Shown here one piece after another: positions 45,943-62,829 of a DNA stretch of 64,000 bases. Source of the stretch: the human T2T-CHM13v2.0 reference genome, Homo sapiens; the NCBI RefSeq assembly GCF_009914755.1, contig NC_060932.1, one strand, 5' to 3'. Below the pieces are notes generated by a model. The model was not told where the DNA came from, ran no database searches, and was given only the letters and a program-made list of their open reading frames with translations. A program made the translations under genes and the position numbers. How positions within the stretch are numbered: the stretch's first letter is position 1; each line of letters begins with the position of its first letter.

Positions 45943-46252
45943 CTTTTTCTTTTCTTCTCTTCTCTTTTTTTGAGACAGAGTCTTGCTCTGTCACCCAGGC
46001 TGGAGTTCAGTGACACAATCTCAGCTCACTGCTACCTCCACCTCCCAGGCTCAAACAATTCTCATGCCTCAGTCTACCAAGTAGATGGGATTACAGGCGA
46101 GTGCCACAACGCCCAGCTAATTTTTGAATTTTTAGTAGAGACAGGGTTTCACCATGTTGGCCAGGCCAGTCTTGAACTCCTGGCCTCATGTGACCTGCCT
46201 GTCTTGGCCTCCCAAAGTGCTGGGATTATAGGAATGAGCCAGCGTGCCCATC
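45943..46252 (-). mobile_element. AluJ-like, inserted in an L2 3' end (~45740-46340)
   Basis: Reverse-complement dimer flanked by L2 aagctcctggaaggcag. Confidence 0.92.
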
Positions 46253-47882
46253 CCCACATTTTCCATTTCTGTATTCCTTGCTGTATTTAACACAGGGCTC
46301 TGCACACATAATTTTTCAATGACAAGTCTTGGCTTGATTAAATGATAACTCTAAACCTCTTCCCTGGAATCTCACTCAGGTGTTATTTACTGTAAAGCAG
46401 GACTTAATATAAGTTATTCTATTGCAACTGTGGGGAGTTTCACTCCTGAAGCTCTAAGGATACTGGTTTCATTATACAGAGGCCAAGGCGTAGTCCACTG
46501 AAACCCCTCCTGATGACTTCCTAATCTTCTCCTTTAGTGTCTCTTACAAATGGGCCTCCTCCCATTTTCCCTGATTAGATCAATGAGGGCTTCTCCCACA
46601 GTGAGGGCTGACTAAATTCTTTACTCTCCCTGCTGTAGAACTAGAACTAGACATTGGGTCAAATGCTCTAAATGTGTTTCATATTTATGTGTATACTTGA
46701 CTGTTTTCCATCAATCTACCTCTCTCCAGGCAATGCCTCTTGAATGGGAGAAGCTGCTGCTCCCCCAAATTGCTGGGGAAGAAAGGGAGTTCCTGATCTT
46801 TCTTATTGAGGCTCATGGAGCTTCTGTCCTGGAGATTCAGTATACTTCAGTAATGGCTCTGGAGAAGAGAACTCAGGATCCTCAAGACCCAATGGCTCGT
46901 GATGATAAAAGCCTTTGGGTCTACCGACATTTTCCCTACGTGCTCAGACATGTCTGCATGCATTTATTGGCATATTTTTCCATACTCAAAGCAAGTTGCT
47001 ATGTGTTAGTACTAAAGCAACCCATAATAGTAAAAACGAATTTCTGCACCAAGAGAATGAATCGGCAGCTGAGAAAGTCAGAGTGAAGAGGCCCCAGTAA
47101 TATCTCTACCTACTTGAAGGTTAAATATTCCTAAGACTCTAGGAGGAAAGAGGAGAGAAAGTGGGCCCTGTTCTTTCCTCCAGGATGTAAGGTTTTTCCA
47201 GGCTGCTTTGAAAAGTCTCAATTACTCCAGGCTATAGAAGAATACAATCAGAGGTGAGTTCCCTGAAATCAAGGACACTGCCTTATCTAATGGTGCTGGG
47301 AGTGCAGCGAACTTGCTGGGGACAGTTTGAAGGATCATCTTAAGCTCTGAAACCAGGTTGCTGCCACCTGCTACAGATCACCCACAGCCAATGTCCTTGG
47401 CTGAGTGACACAGCTTCCCCGTGACCGCCACTGATCCAGCCACCAAGTATGCAGCCCAACCTATGAAGCTGAGCCCAGAAGTGGCTCAAAAAAACAAGCC
47501 ACAACCCAGAACTGAATCACAACAGCCTTTTCCTTTAACACTATACTTGCTCTATTTAACCTCCGCCATGGCCAATTCAATAGATTCACAGAAAATATCA
47601 GCAGGACGCCTTGGTTCTCAACACCAAGTCTGGAAAGCTGGGTTTACACGCCCCACCTGAGCAAGCCTGATCGGTGATTGTGTTGGGCTCATTCCTCACT
47701 TGGCCCCTTCAAGCAGAGATAGGCCCTGCAAGAACTCTCTCTAGGAATTGTTTTCTCAATATTTTAAAATCCACTTTTCCTATATCCTATCAATGGGCAC
47801 GGAGTGAGAGTGATACAGGCATGTGGAATTTCACAAGGCTAGATGTGCCAGCTTCAAGACTACTGAGCTTTAGGTATACACT

Positions 47883-48266
47883 TGTTATGGTTTGGATTTG
47901 TGTCCCCACCTAAATCTCATGTCGAATCGTAATCTCCAAAGTTGGAGAAGGGCCCTGGTGGGAGATGATTGGATCAGGGGGGCAGATTTCCCCTTTCCTG
48001 TTCTCATGATAGTGAGTGAGTTCTCATGAGATCCGGTTGTTTAAAAGGGTGTAGCACCTCCCCCTTCTCTCTCTTCCCCCTGCTCTGGCCATGTAAGACG
48101 TGCCTGCTTCCCCTTCACCTTCCACCATGATTGTAAGTTTCCTGAGGCCTCCCCAGCCATGCTTCCTGTATAGCCTACAATAGAGTAAGCCAATTCAACC
48201 TCTTTTATTTATAAATTACCCAGTCTCAGGTATTTCTTTATAACAGTGCAAGAATGGACTAATACA
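47883..48266 (+). mobile_element. MSTA-like MaLR LTR
   Basis: tgttatggtttggatttgtgtccccacc...ggactaataca. Confidence 0.9.
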
Positions 48267-48975
48267 ACAACACCGAAACACACATGCCAGCCAGTATTCA
48301 CCCTGTCCTGTCCTCAACATGGTGACCTACCAGTATCACTCCTTCCAAGCCCATTTCCATTGCTCCTTCATGTTCTTCTTTGCCTCTTGAGTAAACAAGG
48401 CAAATCTATCCATTCATATCCCCACGTATTCACTTGCTTATCCAACATTTTCTGAGCACCTTCTCTGTCCAAGCCACTGGCCAGGTGCTATGGGGGTTGG
48501 GGGGCTCAGAGATGACTCTCAGAGCAGGAGAGAGCCCTGCTAACTCATCTCCCTCCCCATCTGCTCCCTGCATAACCAGCATTTTGGAAGCTCAGACCTC
48601 GCTACACCCTTAGCCCTAGCCACAATGACCTGGATGAACCAAAATCAAATTCTTCAATAGGGAAAGATTTAGAGACCTTGTCCTCTTAGAGAAGGTAAAA
48701 GCAATGTTCCTAAAATCAACAGTATGGTGTTTCAGTTAGAAAAATAAAAGTTCAGGTTAGCCAAATATTGCTGGGTACCAGGAAATCTGTGCAGGCAGAG
48801 AAATTGTCTGCCGTGCCTGTGCCAAGATAATCTTCTGTCCAATCTTCTGGGAGGTCAGGGCGGGCCAATGCACTGACTCACCAGGGAGGGCTTTCTAAGA
48901 AAGAAGGCTGGCCAGGAATCTTCTAGGGGGAAATATGCTGTTTTTATTGTGTCTGGTCTCCCCAGCTCCCTCCTA

Positions 48976-49475
<500 letters not shown>

Positions 49476-50062
49476 CCAAGCAAACACATGCAGGGCTGCC
49501 CATAACCTCTGGAAAGAAAGAACTCTCCTGGTCAGGAATCTCCTCTTGGGCATGAGTGTGAAAATAAGGACTCTTGAATTTGCTTGCCACATCAGAGGCA
49601 GCATTGCAGGGAGGCCTTTACTTCAGAGGCAGCATTGCAGGGAGGCCTTTACATACGTATGTCATCCAGCCTCATGGCAAAATAGATAATAGATTGTATT
49701 ACCCTCATTTTCTCCAGGGGAAACCTGAGGCTCAGAGGTCATCTTGCCTACAGTGACTATTTGCAGGACTGAGGTTGGTATACAGGTCTGTCTGACTTCT
49801 CCTTGTAGGCTTTCCCAGAAATCAAAGCCTCACACGACCCCCTCCTCTAAGGCATGACAGAACCCAGTTGTCTGTTCAGGCAGGGGGAAGGAGGGGGTGG
49901 CCCACCTGGGGGATTTCAGGGGTGCTGCCACCTGGAAAGTAACCCTCAGGAGCTCACCAGCAGTGCCTGGAACTCAGACCAAAATCACTCTCTTGGGTGT
50001 TTAAATTGTAAATATGTTTACCTGTATTCAATCTCACCCTGTTTATTGTTTGCTTCTCCTCA

Positions 50063-50426
<364 letters not shown>

Positions 50427-50429
50427 ACT

Positions 50430-50745
<316 letters not shown>

Positions 50746-51198
50746 CCAAAAACTTTTCACACCTCTGCCTGCCCCTCTATTTATATTTACAATCTTACCT
50801 TTGATGTTCCAACTCTTTGGAAAAGTGGGATCACAGCACCACTGCATTTTCTTATCCTCCTATAACAAGTTCTGGAGTTGCTAAAACAACGTATTCCTAA
50901 GGTGCCTAGTAGGTGACTTCTAATTGTCACCTGTAATGGTATCTTTCAGTCTTCTGCTTACATAACTGTTCTGTGGCATTCAGTATCTACAGGCCACCAT
51001 TTCCTTGAACAGTCTTCTTTCTCACCTTCTGACAAATTCGTTTGTTCTTATTTATTTATAGCATTTTGATGATTCCCCATCTTCTTTACCTGCATGCTAG
51101 ACTGATCTCCAATTTGCAATCCATCCCTTCTTCTGTTTCTCCCTCTTTACCTCCCTCTCAGCCAAAGATCTCTCTTTAGAAACCATCACCCAAGGTAG

Positions 51199-51581
<383 letters not shown>

Positions 51582-51774
51582 ACAAAGTCTTATAAATTCT
51601 GCCTTTTAAAATTCATCCTGCCGCCTCCATTAGATCTGCTCATGCCCCCTTTTAGGTCACTTTTAAGTAGAAGGCTCCTAGCTGGTCTTCCTGCTCACAA
51701 TATTTCCCCAACCTCCACATGGCTGTCAAAGAGATGTTTTAGAAGAACAAATACAGCAAATACAGCCACGTTAA

Positions 51775-52187
<413 letters not shown>

Positions 52188-53028
52188 TGTAAGCCTCTTT
52201 TTACAGGAATCCGACTGTGCTTTGCCAGACCTGCCTACAGCTGCCACTGCCATTATCTTCCCTCAATACACCCACCATTCCTCCCTGTCTTTACTGCTCA
52301 ACTCCCATTTAGAAAAAGCTACTCTTGTCTATGCTTCAAGGTCTAGCTCAAATGTCACCTCCTCTGGACAAGTTTCTCCCTTCTACCCTCAGCCCCTTCC
52401 CCTAAGAATGGCTGAAGGCTGAGTAGGTCGCTTTGTGCCCCCACCATACTTAAGTCCTCCCACCTCCCAAAGCCCCTCTATTATATGGGGTTGCTGGGCA
52501 GGCATAGCCAGGTTTTATCCGACTTTGTTTTTCTAGTAAAGTAACTGAAACATCATAGGTGCGTAATGAATAATCATGATGACCGTAGAAATAAATGAAT
52601 GAGTGAGTGAGCTACTGAGTTGCAATCATTCTTTCAATGACTTTCAGGAAGGAGGGAGGGAGAGAGACAGGGGCACAGATAGAAGGTAGTTTACTGGGTC
52701 ACCAGCCAGAGTTCAATGAAGGACCGGGTCAGTTTCATTGGACAGAAGCAGGCTGGTAGCTTAGAACCAGAAAGCTGCCTTGGGAACCCCAGGAGAGGTG
52801 AGAAGCCCCGGTGAGCAGAACACAGTTCCGGCAGTGCGAGGGTTGCATCGGGCTCCGGGTGGCCTGTGCATTCCAAACTGAAAGGGGGCAGAAAATTGAC
52901 CAGAAATACAACATTTCACAATTTTTCCTTGAGCCTTTTTGTAAAGTAAGTTTTGCATGCTTGTAGAAAACTCCCTATACTTAAAAACCTAGATGCCTCT
53001 GAGGAGTCAGATTTCAATAGTGTGATAA

Positions 53029-53365
<337 letters not shown>

Positions 53366-53427
53366 TAAGAATCTTTCCTAATTCTCTTCCTCTTATCCAG
53401 TTATTGGATTTTCTCTATTTTTGTACC

Positions 53428-53941
53428 TGTGTTAGTTTTCTCTCACTACTGTAACAAATTATGACAAACATAGTAGCCGAAGGCAACACATAATTATGAT
53501 CTTACTGTTCTGTAGATTAGAAGCCCAAAACCAGTCTTACTGGGCTGAAATCGAGGGGCTGGCAGGGATGTGTTCCTTCTGAAAGCGGGGGCTCTGGGGG
53601 GAGCTCATTTACTTGCCTTTCCAGCTCCCAGAGGTCACTGCGTGCCTTGGCTCATGGCTCCTTTCTTCACCTTCAAAGTCAGCAAAACGGCAGATCTTCC
53701 TGGCCCTTCTTCAGCTGTCGTGTTGTCCCCTGACCACGACCTCAGCTGGGGAAGCTTCTCCTCTTTGAAGGATTCGTTTGATTAGATTGGACCTGCAGGA
53801 GTACCTCAAGATCACCTTCTTATCTCAAGATTCTTAACCTGAATCACATCTGCAACGCGCTTTTGCCACATAGGGATCATATTCACAAGTTGTGGGGATT
53901 GGGCTGGGGACATTTCTGTTGAACTGTCATTCCACCATCAC
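53428..53941 (-). mobile_element. MLT1D-like LTR
   Basis: tgtgttagttttct..tgtaacaaatt..ttccagctcccagagg..tgattagattgg..aatcacatctgcaa. Confidence 0.8.
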
Positions 53942-54104
53942 TGATTGCCACATTCCAAGTGCCAGAGTAAAGAATGAATAGTATGTTCCCTCCCTCGTGG
54001 AGCTCTCACTCTTTCAAGGGAAACGGACTTGGAAACAGCCTTTGGCATCGTGCACCTTATATAAGGCAGAGACACTGTGGGAGCACTGAGGGAGAAGCAC
54101 TATC

Positions 54105-54769
<665 letters not shown>

Positions 54770-54859
54770 CTAGCTCTGCCTGGAGACATTAGAGACAGGT
54801 TCCCAGCGGGGAGGCTTCCTTAGCCCAGAGATGAATTAAGAACAGCATTGACTGGATGG

Positions 54860-55236
54860 TGCTGTGGTTTCAATGTCCCCTCCCGAACTCACATCAAAAC
54901 TTCATCACTAGTGTGGCAGTGTCCTTTCAGAGGTAGTGGGATCATGAAAGCTCTGCCCTCAGGAGTAGATTAATCCATTCATGAACTAATGGGTTAAGGG
55001 ATCAGTGTGGTATAAAGACGAACTAAGACCTGAGCTGGCACATTAGCACACTCAGTCCCTCTCCATGTGACACCCTACACCACCGCAGGACACTGTTTAG
55101 TCCCCACCACCAAGAAGCCTCTCACCAGATGCGGCACCTTGGATTTCTCGGCCTCCAGAGCTGTAAGAAATAAATTCCTTATAAACAACCCACTTTCAGG
55201 CATTCTGCTATAAGCAGCAGAAAACGGACTAATACA
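54860..55236 (+). mobile_element. MSTC/D-like LTR
   Basis: tgctgtggtttcaatgtcccctcc..gattaatccattcat..gaaaacggactaataca. Confidence 0.8.
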
Positions 55237-56479
55237 CACGCCTTGTCTCCAACTAGAAGCTCCTCCACCCACTAATTATGGACTGTTTTACTACTTGGCT
55301 TCCAGGAGGGAGGGAACTGTATGAAAAGAACAGAGATGCATAACTACATACAGAAATGGTTCCCAAGGGGGCTGAGAGCTGTGTTAAATGTGAGCTTTAA
55401 ATGTTTTTTAATGATTTTTATCCTCAGAAAACTTGGTTCAAATGCAGTCTTGCTGGATGCATTTGCTGGATGTCCAACAAGTGAAACAAATGAAAATAAT
55501 TATTACCCTGGGGCTTCACTGACTGAGAGTGAAGGAGGCTTTGGCTGCTGGAAATGTGGAGGACCCCAGAGACCCTCTGCGGCAGTGGTTCCCAGTGTTT
55601 TGTCTTTGTTCTTCAAGCAGCATAATCATTCCTTTAAACAACATTTTAGGTGAACATGTGAAGCGGGGTAACCCCAAACTCTGCCCACCTATCTCCAGGG
55701 ACAGTCTAGAGCTCTGGGGGCCTGGGTGAGCATCTCTGACCTAGACCAACCAAAGATCTTAACCAGACCCAGAGAGCAGCCACAGCTAATATGGGCAGGG
55801 TGACAGAGAGGATAACCTGTCACGTGTATGCTTCCCCACACCTGAGGCTCCAGCATGCATGAGAGAGAGCCCTGAGAGACACGCTATGGATCATATAACA
55901 ATCCTGAAACAAAAGAGATGCAGAGAACTTATTCCACATGTCAATGTTAAAGGACGCAGAGAACTTATTTCAGATGTCACTGTTAAATGAACCATGGTGG
56001 CAGTTTCTGCCCATCAGGTTCCCATATGTAGAGACTAATGAAATTCCCCTACCCGAAGCTCTAGAAAAGTTCAAGATCCACACCATCTGGGAAGGGTGAA
56101 AGCTGCATTGAAGTCTTCTTAGGAGCAGGAGGAGCACTCAGCCCTCGGGGCCCAGGACTGTGGAGAGGACGGGGCGCCCGCTGGCTGTGTCACCACAGCA
56201 CACCCCGGGCTTCCAGGAACAGGAAGGGAGCTAAAGGTGATGAAGTATAGGGGCCCTTAGGGCCTCGAAACTACAAGCTATTCCTCAAAGACCAAGCCTC
56301 ACATGCCTCTGGGTCCAGAGGTGCAAAGGCGGGGCTGTGGGTGAAGGGTTTCAAAGGCAGCCCTCTCTGGCTCACCTCAAAAATCCTACCTGGGCAGACA
56401 CCTCTGGGTATTATACAGTTTAGGGCATCCATCATTCATTCTCAGTGGAAAGTCCTGCAGATGCTAGAAATCAATAGGG

Positions 56480-56795
<316 letters not shown>

Positions 56796-57114
56796 AAAAG
56801 AGTTTATTGACTGGGGCAGGACGATGGAAGTAAGAATGCAGGTCAGAGTCAAATAACAGCCTTACCTCTTTTACTTAGATATCCAGATGTTCTTTTTAGC
56901 AAATTAAATTTTCTAATTTGCTTTTACTCAGTACATTGATATGCTTAGTATAAATGCACTAACTGTGCTACTTTTAAACGCATCCAACACACATCATTTT
57001 AAAGTGTTTTATGAGAAATTCTGAACCTCCAGTAGACAACGACCCTTCTCCTACAAACTACAGTTATTCCAAGGGCATTTCACTCTGTCTTCCACATGCA
57101 AGAGCTTGTAGCAG

Positions 57115-57281
57115 GAAAAAAATAAAATGAGAAAGAGAGAGAAAGAAAAGAGAAAAGAGAGAGAAGGAAGGGAGGGAGGGAGGAAGGGAGAGGAGGGGAG
57201 GGGAGGAGAGGGGAGGGAGGAAGGGAGGGAAAAGAGGGATGGAGGGAGGGAGAGAGGGAGGGAGGGAAGGAAGGGAGGAAG
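57115..57281. repeat. GA-rich polypurine tract
   Basis: Mosaic of (GA), (GGGA) and (GGAA) units. Confidence 0.95.
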
Positions 57282-57879
57282 TAAAATATGTATGTATATA
57301 CTTTTATTTATGTCTATGTCTAGATGGGTCAGCACAAATATTGAATTCACACTATATGCTGTGGCCTGCAACAGATACTGAGGATGCCAGCATGGATATG
57401 AGACCCAGTAATTAGCCTGGAAGAGCAGAGAATGTACTGAGGGATGATTTGTAACAATACAACTGCTATGTTATGTTCTCCTGCTATAACAGAGGCAAGA
57501 GCTCAGTGTTCTGGGGATGCAGGCGAGGAATTGTGTGGCCTGGATAAATCTAGGAAGACTTCATGGAAGATGACGCATTTAAGCTAGATCTTGAAGAAAG
57601 ATAGCAAGCTTTCTGTCTAGTGTAAGGGAAACTCATTTCAGTCTGCAGAAACAGTGTAAGCTGGGGTGTGGAGGATGAGAGATGAGGGCAGCTGGTCCAG
57701 GCAGACAACAGAACCAGTGAGAGCAGCGGTTGCTGCTACTGTATCACCCCCCTTGGCAGTAGTATGGCCCTGACTGCTGAGAGGCAGGCCAGCTCAGGGG
57801 CGTCTCGACTCCCCAAACCAGTGCTGAACATTCCCTGATCAACCTGGCTACCAAACCTTCTTCTGAAAATGAGAAGTAG

Positions 57880-58080
57880 CTTGTTAACTATCAGAGCTTT
57901 CTCACATAAGAATGGGCTTCAGGAGAGGTAGTGAGGTCCCTGTGGGAGGAGGTATGTAAGTAAAAGTGATAGGATAGGCCCTTTTTTCCAGGCTGTGGTA
58001 GAAGGGAGGTTTGGGACCAAAGAAGGTTGGCCTAACATACCCCGCTCAGTTTTCTTCCAGAGCTAAGAGGCCATGATTCC
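57880..58080 (+). mobile_element. L3/CR1 or MIR3-like 3' fragment
   Basis: aatgggct..gaggtagtgagg.ccctg..ggaggtatgtaag..ttcttccag..aagaggccatgattc. Confidence 0.55.
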
Positions 58081-60808
58081 CTTTGAAAGTAGAATTTCCT
58101 GTTCTTCTATGAGGAATGGAAAAACATGTCTAGAGAGGTTAAGTGACTTGCCCCAGGCTACAAAGAAAGCTATCCGAATCATTGTCCAAACATTTCACTT
58201 GCTACAATCTGATCTCAAGTGGACTTTTAGACAGGTGAGAACAGATGCTGGCTCTTCTATCTCGGCAACCTCTTTACCAATTCTGCAAGCATCAGACAGC
58301 AGCTGGATCATACATACATATGCCTCACGTACGCAGCTTCAGCTCTGCCAAGCAGGGCCATGCCCAAATGTGAGCATAATATGTTTATGTGGACCTTGAG
58401 CAAGACACTGTGAGTTGAGTCCTGACTTCACAACTGCAAGCAGGAGGTCACAGAAGCTTTGCAGATAAAATGTTAATCTCATACCTTGGCCCATATCAAC
58501 ACATGCTAATCAGATGGGTCAGGCTGTGCCGTTTCCCTCTGCAAGCGGGACTTGTTGTGACTAATTGAGGGGTTTGTAGTGAACATGTCCCTTTACCTCC
58601 TGCAGTCCTGGCATCCTAAAGCAAACCTTGGATCTATCAACACCAGTGATACCGAGAAGCCGATATTCTCTTCACTCTGTTCTCCTTCCCAGCAGCCATC
58701 ACGCCTCTGGGCTACAATCCTGCCTCCAGAAGTCCCAGCTCAATTCACAAAGATGTTCTGGGAAGGAAGTCAATCTTCCCAAACTTCTTGAGAGCCTGGG
58801 ACATGCCATTTGCGCAGAACTCTAGAGTATGCAACGTGGCTTCACACACATCACTCCATTCGGACCCAGGGCTCTGGTACAGGTGTCATCCAAACCTTCT
58901 ACTGCACACACGTAGCAAAGCGAGGCCCAGGGGTGATGCCCTCTTGAAGTCACAGAGAGAATAAGTGGAGCAGCAAGAAATCGCAGCTCAGTTTTCTGAC
59001 CCTGAAGCCTGGGTTCTCTTCTGCATATACCAGATGGCCTGGTGAGCAAGGGTTGGGTATTCCTTGGCAAGGGGTGAGCAGGGCTGGGATCCAGGGTGAG
59101 TTGAAGTGGGCTGAGGACTTTCCAGGACTCATAGCTCCAGCCGGAATGTGAACAGGCCACACGCACCGAAATCAGTCTTTAGAGCTCGCTGTGGCCACAA
59201 GTGGGTGCTGGGCTGAGGTGGTGGCTTGTGGTTGTGAGTGTTGAAGATCATAGTTCAACGCAGGCCGGGTCCCATACAGGCAGGAGGACCAGGCACTAAC
59301 TGGCCTGCTCTGCCGTCGATCTGGTACCTGTGTGTCTGCCTGACAGACACAGCTCAGAGGCCACCAGGGCTGAGCCGTGGCCCCAGGGCCACCCTCTGTG
59401 AGGCTGTCAGGAAGACAGAAAGAGCCACAGGGCAGCTACAGGGACAATGAGTGGCTTGCTGGTGAGGGACAGTAGGAGGCTGAAACCAAGGGAATGGACG
59501 AGAGCTTACAACCCCAAAAACTGACGGTGCCTTGTAGCAGACAGACACTGAGAACCCATGGCTGGGGCTCTGAAAGGGGAGGAAGCCTGCCAGGATTACC
59601 ACTGGGTCCCACATGGGCCTCCCTGCTCCCCATTCATCCTGTGTGACAGCCATGCCAGTCTTTCAGGCCTTTTTTCCTTTTGTTTTGATGCCTTAGGAGA
59701 CAGTTCATAGACCCTGGCCCAAAAGCTATCTGCTTCTAGAATCCAGCCCATCCCACCCTCCCAGCCTTGCTGCCTCCTCCTGCACCAGCTCCTCAGTCAC
59801 TGCCCCAATTCGTGGCCTTTGATTACTGCGGCCCCTCGCTCTGAATGACTCCACCTGTCATCTAGTCATTTGATTCCCTCCCAACCTTGAGGACCCACTT
59901 TCTGGGACCCCAGTTGTCTATAAAGACCTCCCTGCCCCCTCACTCTGATCATCACTCTCTGTAATCCCTCTAGGGTTTGCCTGTCCCCACCATATACTGT
60001 GCGTCTCCTGCACTGCCTGCCTAGGTCCTCCCAGCCTCTGGAGGATGGGCTGGCCGTGCCTTGTCTACGCCTCCCATCTAAACTGGGCTTAATAGCTTGG
60101 CTGTAAATATCTATGGTCCATTTGATTGATGGATTCGAGCTACAACTATAGTAGCCTTTGTAGGAGAAAGAAGCATCACAGGCAGAGCCTAAGACCCACA
60201 GCAGACACTGATGTTCTCTGTTCTATCATCTCAGGCTCCATTTGAATTCTACACCAGGATAAGCAGAAAACCAGCAAAATAGTTGTGTTGCCACTCACTC
60301 CATGGGTACAGTGACCTGCAGACTAGCATTCATAACTGGCATATTGTCTGGTTTTTACAATTACGAGCACACACTTCCCCTCCTCTGATCCTTGCAGCAA
60401 CCCTGGGGAAGGAAGGGTAAATATAGTTCCCAAGTCTTACTACCCTCCCTGAAATAAGATTCAGAGAGGAGAAGACGTCTTCCTAGAGCCTCCTAGGGCA
60501 GGCAAAATCCAAACTAGGTCTTTGATTTTGAAGCAAGACCTCCATCCAGTATGACATGGTTATTTTAGAAAATGAACATGCCAGAACTAATTATTTTTCA
60601 GGTGTTTAATACCCACGACGTGTGCCCAGTGCTCTTAATGCCTAATCTCTGACCCTCACGTCTTTCAATGGTCTTCCATGCCCAACATTAAACCTCATTT
60701 CAGGTCTGATCAACGATGAAAAGTTAGGTTGTGTAATGGAATGAAAGTGATGTTAAGGAATTGAATCAAGTGTAGGATAACATTTCACATAGGATTTACA
60801 GGACATAA

Positions 60809-61187
<379 letters not shown>

Positions 61188-61929
61188 CCCGAATTTTTTC
61201 TTTAATTCAGTCCTATGCCAAGGAAAGCCCTGCTGGTTTCTGACTCTCAAAGAATGTAGAAGGCACGTTCTCCCCTTCTCTGCAGCCTTGCAGTGATGCT
61301 ATTTGCAATTCTTCTTTTGTTTCTGAAGAGTCAGACAGAGGCCCAAGTCTGGTGCCATCAGGAAACTAAAGCTTTATCTGAAGTGGTGGAAACTTCCCAG
61401 GGATCTCCGCAGCCCAAACTCTGTCTCTCTTTCACTACTGAGCACTGATCTGAGGAGTCCCATGAAAAAATATCCATATTCAAAAGTCTTAGAAAACAGG
61501 AAGTGAACAGACTTGCCAGTCACAGGTAAGTAAAACATTCCACTGGTCCACCTAAGGAACTCTGGCTGATTCCAGCTTGGTGTTTCTCTCCAAGGCCCTA
61601 ATAAAAGGTAAAAGCAGGATTTGCAGAATCCTAGAATAGTTGGGCTGGTAAAGACCAACTCCCTGTTTCATAGATGAAGACACTAAACCCATATTAGGGA
61701 AATGACAGCTAGCGAGTACTCTCAGTGGGATTCCCTCTCCAAGTTCCAATCAACCAAGATTTTCCAGCTCACATATTGTGGAAAGTTCTGAGGAGGGCAA
61801 GAGACGTATGTGGCACAGAAGTACCCTTGAGCCCACAGTCTGGCCTTGGGAGATACCATTCCTACACCCTGAATAGTAAGAATGACACTGGCAGTGGCTA
61901 TGGCTGTCTGGGTAAGTGACTCTGGCGTG

Positions 61930-62085
61930 TTTTTTTGGTTTTTGTTTTAGGAGGCAGGGTCTCACTCTATTGGCCAGGTTGGAGTGCAATACTACCATCA
62001 TAGTTCACTGTAGCCTCTAACTCCTGGGCTTGAGTGATCATCTTGCCTCAGCCTCCTGAGTAGCTAGAAGAAGCACATCATACCA
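61930..62085 (-). mobile_element. AluJ/FRAM fragment
   Basis: Single-arm reverse-complement Alu. Confidence 0.8.
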
Positions 62086-62454
62086 CACAGTAAGTGCTTA
62101 TTATTATTTTTAATTTTTTTTTTCTTTACAGAATCCCATATAGATCTGATTAGTATCAGCCACATGGTAGGCAATGCTTGTTGCACTGAAGTCAGCCATT
62201 AGAATGTCGTCACTTTGAGGTAAGTCATTGACACATCCAGTAAGCTACTTTTTAGGATTATTCTTAGGGAAAAAAAACAGAGCCTGAAGAAAACAGAATT
62301 TTCACCCACTTATTATGAGAGCTAGGAGAAGTTCAGAGGCAAGACAGAGTGAAAGGAAACTACCTTTGTCTCAGGAAGCCTGGAGTTGGAAAGGAAGACA
62401 AGGATGTGGACAAGGGAAAAGCAGGGAAGGGAGAAGGGAATACAGCAAATAAAC

Positions 62455-62829
62455 TGTATGAGTTCCTTTCCACACTGCTGTAAAGACATACCAAAGACTG
62501 GGCGATTTATAAAGAGAAGAGGTTTAATTGACTCAGAGTTCTGCATGGCTGGGAAGGCCTCAGGAAACTTACAGTTATGGCATAAGACGAAGGGGAAGCA
62601 AGGATCCTCTTCACACAGCGGCAGGAGAGAGAAAAGGGAGCGAAGGAGGAACTTGCCAAACACTTTTATAAAACCATCAGGTCTCATGAGAACTCCTTCA
62701 AATCACGAGAACAGCATGGGGGAAACTGCCCTCATGATCCAATCACCTCCCACCAGGTTCCTCCCTCAAAACTTGGGAATTCCAATTCAAGATAAAATTT
62801 GGATGGGGACACAGAGCCTAACTATATCA
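62455..62829 (-). mobile_element. THE1D/MSTA-type LTR
   Basis: tgtatgag...actatatca; perfect TSD taaac. Confidence 0.88.
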
